Assembly: GCA_050575255.1 (NCBI GenBank)
Contig: JBNZDD010013727.1
Coordinates: 9,703,081-9,767,080 of the forward strand
Source of the DNA: Harriotta raleighana
Taxonomy: Eukaryota
Length of the DNA: 64,000 bases
Reading direction: 5' to 3'
Shown: positions 60,551-64,000 of the stretch, piece after piece
How positions within the stretch are numbered: the stretch's first letter is position 1
Layout of the letters: the number at the start of each line of letters is the position of its first letter
Position numbers and translations under genes: made by a program
The notes under the pieces: model-generated
Told to the model about the DNA's origin: nothing
Seen by the model: only the letters and a program-made list of their open reading frames with translations
Database searches by the model: none

Positions 60551-63500
60551 GTAAGTTTTTTTAATGCAGGCTTGGAGCTGCATGGTACGTGTGCTCTGTT
60601 TGTTCTGTTGTGATCCACATAAACTCAAAATGCTTGCAAAGGTTGCTTATTAAATATTGTACCACAAAATAGCCCTATGTCTCTTGCTCTTTCGGCTTGC
60701 TGATGCAGTTTACATATACTAGTACTCCAAAACATCAGCATTGAAAACAAAATAAATTCACAGTTGCATATTTTTTATCATCTATGAAAGAACAATAAAG
60801 TCACATCATTGTATTAAACATCAACACAACTGTCATTGCAGAATTACTTGAAACTAATTAATTCTTCATCAACTATCAGTTTCCAATCTAATTGTTGGTC
60901 TGAGTTCAATTGATGGATCCCTCCCACAAAGTAATTAATATGCCCAAAGCTGTGTAACCCGAGGTGCAGTGTACATGTTTAAGGTGCAGAGAAGTGTTCA
61001 CAATCCATTTCACTGATACTGTGTCCACTAGTTCTCACCTCATAAATCCTGCTGATTACAGAACACTACTATAGGATTTTAAAACCAGTTTTACCTCTTT
61101 TGTGGATAGATACCTACATTTATGTGGGGAAAACAATGTTCTGTAGTTGTGAAATGTTTGAGCACAATTTGTTCTGTACAGTTTTTCAACTGGTTCCCTT
61201 TATACATAAAATACAATAGGCAATTGAACCTATACCTTATCCATCTGTGTCACAATTTATTTTGCGCACAACATTTTTCTGATCATCGCAATTGAACCAT
61301 TGACACAATTTTGCTAAATTAACTGCACCTTTAGTTGAATAATTTAACTTAATGCCATATTGGAGGCAAACCAAAAGGTGAGGAAAATGAGCATTATGTT
61401 GCTCAAAAAGCTTACCTCCGTTATTGTTTTAGTACCTAATTGAATTAACTCATAAAATAATGCAAACAACGCGTTTTCACTATTAACAGTATTCAAAGCC
61501 CACTTGGTATATTTTAGCCTCTTTGTCACATTATTTACATTAAAAAAACACTATATAAATAATTTGGGCCTTTAGAAAGGTGTGAGGGTGGGAGGAATGG
61601 ACAATCCTGATAAATTCACAGTTGGATTTTGAAGCTTGTAACTAGCTGCAAATGTCCTTTCATCTACCATGCCCCTTATAGCCTCAAACTAAACAATCTG
61701 AGATCCCAACATGCCATGAAGAATGATGTCAGGCACCTGTTGGTACAAAAATTTACAAGGGGTGTAAATTTGTAAATTTCTAATTTCATCAAGGAAATGT
61801 GACACACCTGCCCAATCAGTCCATGCTGGTGTTTAAGCTTCACATGCGTCTTCACCCTTTTCTTGGTTCCTCCTATCCCCTTCTATTCCCCACTTTGGGT
61901 AAAACAACATTACCAGATATAAACTCTCTGATAGCTGAATGGATAAATATACTGGGGATGCATTATTAATACAGAGACTAGGAAGTGTTTGTTTGATCCT
62001 TGACCTACACAAATTTTGTGTTCCTGCAATAATGAAAACAGTATAGTTGGCCTCACCATCCTCTGTATCTGGAGGGCTCAAGGTGGAAATGATTACAATT
62101 CCTCTTCCTGATGTGAATAATTGAAGCAATAGTGCACATCAATGCTATGTGGAGACAGGATCATGCCCAACTGTAGTTTTTTCCAACTACATTCAAATTT
62201 ATACGCTCAAACAATGAGGTTGCGTTGGTCCAACGGTAGAACTGTATTATAGCATCAATTTTGACCTCATAGAAACTAGGTACAAGGAAGAAAAGTTAGG
62301 CACATTTAATGGAAGGGTTACCAGTCTTATCCGATCTCATCAATCTAAAGAAGAATTGAAATATCGAAAATGTAAAACACAATTGAAACGTTTTCAAACA
62401 TTTAAAAACTTTCCAGCTTCAAAGGGGATTTTATATTTTAAGAACTGTTCGTTGGTAGAATGCTGAGATTAAATCTCAAAGGAAATTCAATAAACATTTA
62501 TATTTAATTTATAAAACATATTCCTTTCCACCTCCTGTATTCGGTTCTGGCTAGGAGGCTCCCTATTCAGCTAATGAGCGCTTCCAGGCGTACAAGGCAA
62601 ACATTGGGTTCCATTGTAGACCTAAGTGTAAACAGCTGCATTCTACACCATCTTTAAATGCATGTGTACAAATGGAAATAGAAGTATCCTTAACATATAT
62701 TTAAATCTAATAAATGATTTATTATATAATTAAAACTATCTTTTTGCTCTGTGGCTAATTCCATAATTAAGGGCAATTTTGCACACATTTACACTGGCAT
62801 GTAATAGATCCACTATCCTATGTATGTGCAGCAGAGCAAGACATTTGTTATAAAATCTCACAAAAAAGTTGAGCTGCCTTGCCTGTGTGTGGCTTCACAA
62901 TCATATTGAACATTTTGTCCATATTGGATCTTTTAGAGGGCCCAGAAATAAATTACTACCCAAGTAAGTGTTGCAGCTTTTGTGGTTTCTGCACTTAACA
63001 CAGCAGCCTGCTGCTTGCCTCAACATTTGCACTCTGCCATCTAAGGCTTAACAGTGTACGGACAAAGCAGTATTGGGCTTCATTTCATCTTTATTTAACT
63101 TTGCTGGCTGTTAATGCGGACTTATTCGCAAAATTGACGTGCTTTTGGTGTCTCGAGTTGAATTATACAAATGGAATTTTTTGGTGTTGTTAGTAATGTG
63201 CATTATGAAACTTGTGGTTAATGATTTATATCTCAATATGATTGCCAAACAATTGTTCAGTAAAGATTCTTGGGTCCTTGTGGGTAAACATTGATATATT
63301 GTATGACACATCTACCAAGATGATTTTGGTGCCATTAACCTAGTTTCTCACATTAAAATTAGGTGTGAACAAATTGCCAATTTCCAGGTCACCAGGTCAC
63401 CACTGAAATTCCTTTCTGTATGGTTTGTGACATGTCGTCAGCAGATTGATGACTTGGAACACTTTTTGTGATGTGGACAAACGGCCAGTCTGTGCTGAAA

Positions 63501-64000
63501 ACTTGGTACACCTTGCCCCATGCTGAACCAATAGTGTCTTAGAACAGGGATTTCTCTTTTCACATGTGGATGTGATAGTGTTTTTATTTTTGATTCATCT
63601 TCCACGTCGTGAATTGTTCCCTAAGTAATGGCAAATGAAAATTAACTGGTGTTTGGTGAACTAGAGTCACATGAATATTTGGATGTAATAAACTAATATA
63701 TTCCTGTAAAAATATATATATGCCTAGGTTTTTATTTATTGCAATGAATGAATTTCAATCAGTAAGCAAACTGATCCTAATCACAATTTTCACAAAGCAC
63801 CAAAGAGAATGGGCTATTCGTATTATCTTATATGGAACTCTCATGGCTGAGTTATACTGTGAGATACAGCTCTACCTTAGTTTTGGATCACTTGAGAGGG
63901 GAGTTAGTGTCATTCTGTACAGAGTTCTGCATGTGAGGATTAATAAATAAGGATATATATTTATTATTATATGATAAATATGTATGGGCAGAGCTTTGCT

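Overview
AT-rich, intron-dominated vertebrate genomic DNA. The repeat content (Deu-domain tRNA-SINEs with LINE2-type tails, L2, CR1, Penelope and Tigger relics) suggests a cartilaginous fish; this is an inference. The window holds the 5' half of LMO7 (LIM domain only 7) on the + strand. I can splice 12 coding exons (13014-60550, 2420 nt, about 806 codons) through canonical GT-AG sites in one open frame. They encode most of the calponin-homology (CH) domain, the [13 protein letters not shown] region and a block of symmetric phase-2 exons carrying a repeated P-D-x-x-x-D-D-[LMV]-x-x-R-[RK] motif. The first exon and the PDZ/LIM exons lie outside the window. Nearly all other ORFs in the track are transposon debris or chance. 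I see no prokaryotic-type system such as CRISPR or an operon. Best leads: (1) two frame-preserving candidate microexons (24 nt and 27 nt) in CH-domain introns; (2) a cassette-exon array with three consecutive NAGNAG acceptors and RBFOX/QKI/MBNL-type motifs; (3) minimal hammerhead-ribozyme motifs in Penelope-like termini; (4) a 53-nt near-perfect hairpin and a larger fold-back element. Several single-N-bounded duplications look like assembly artefacts. Repeat boundaries are approximate, and all homology calls are by recall, not by database search.
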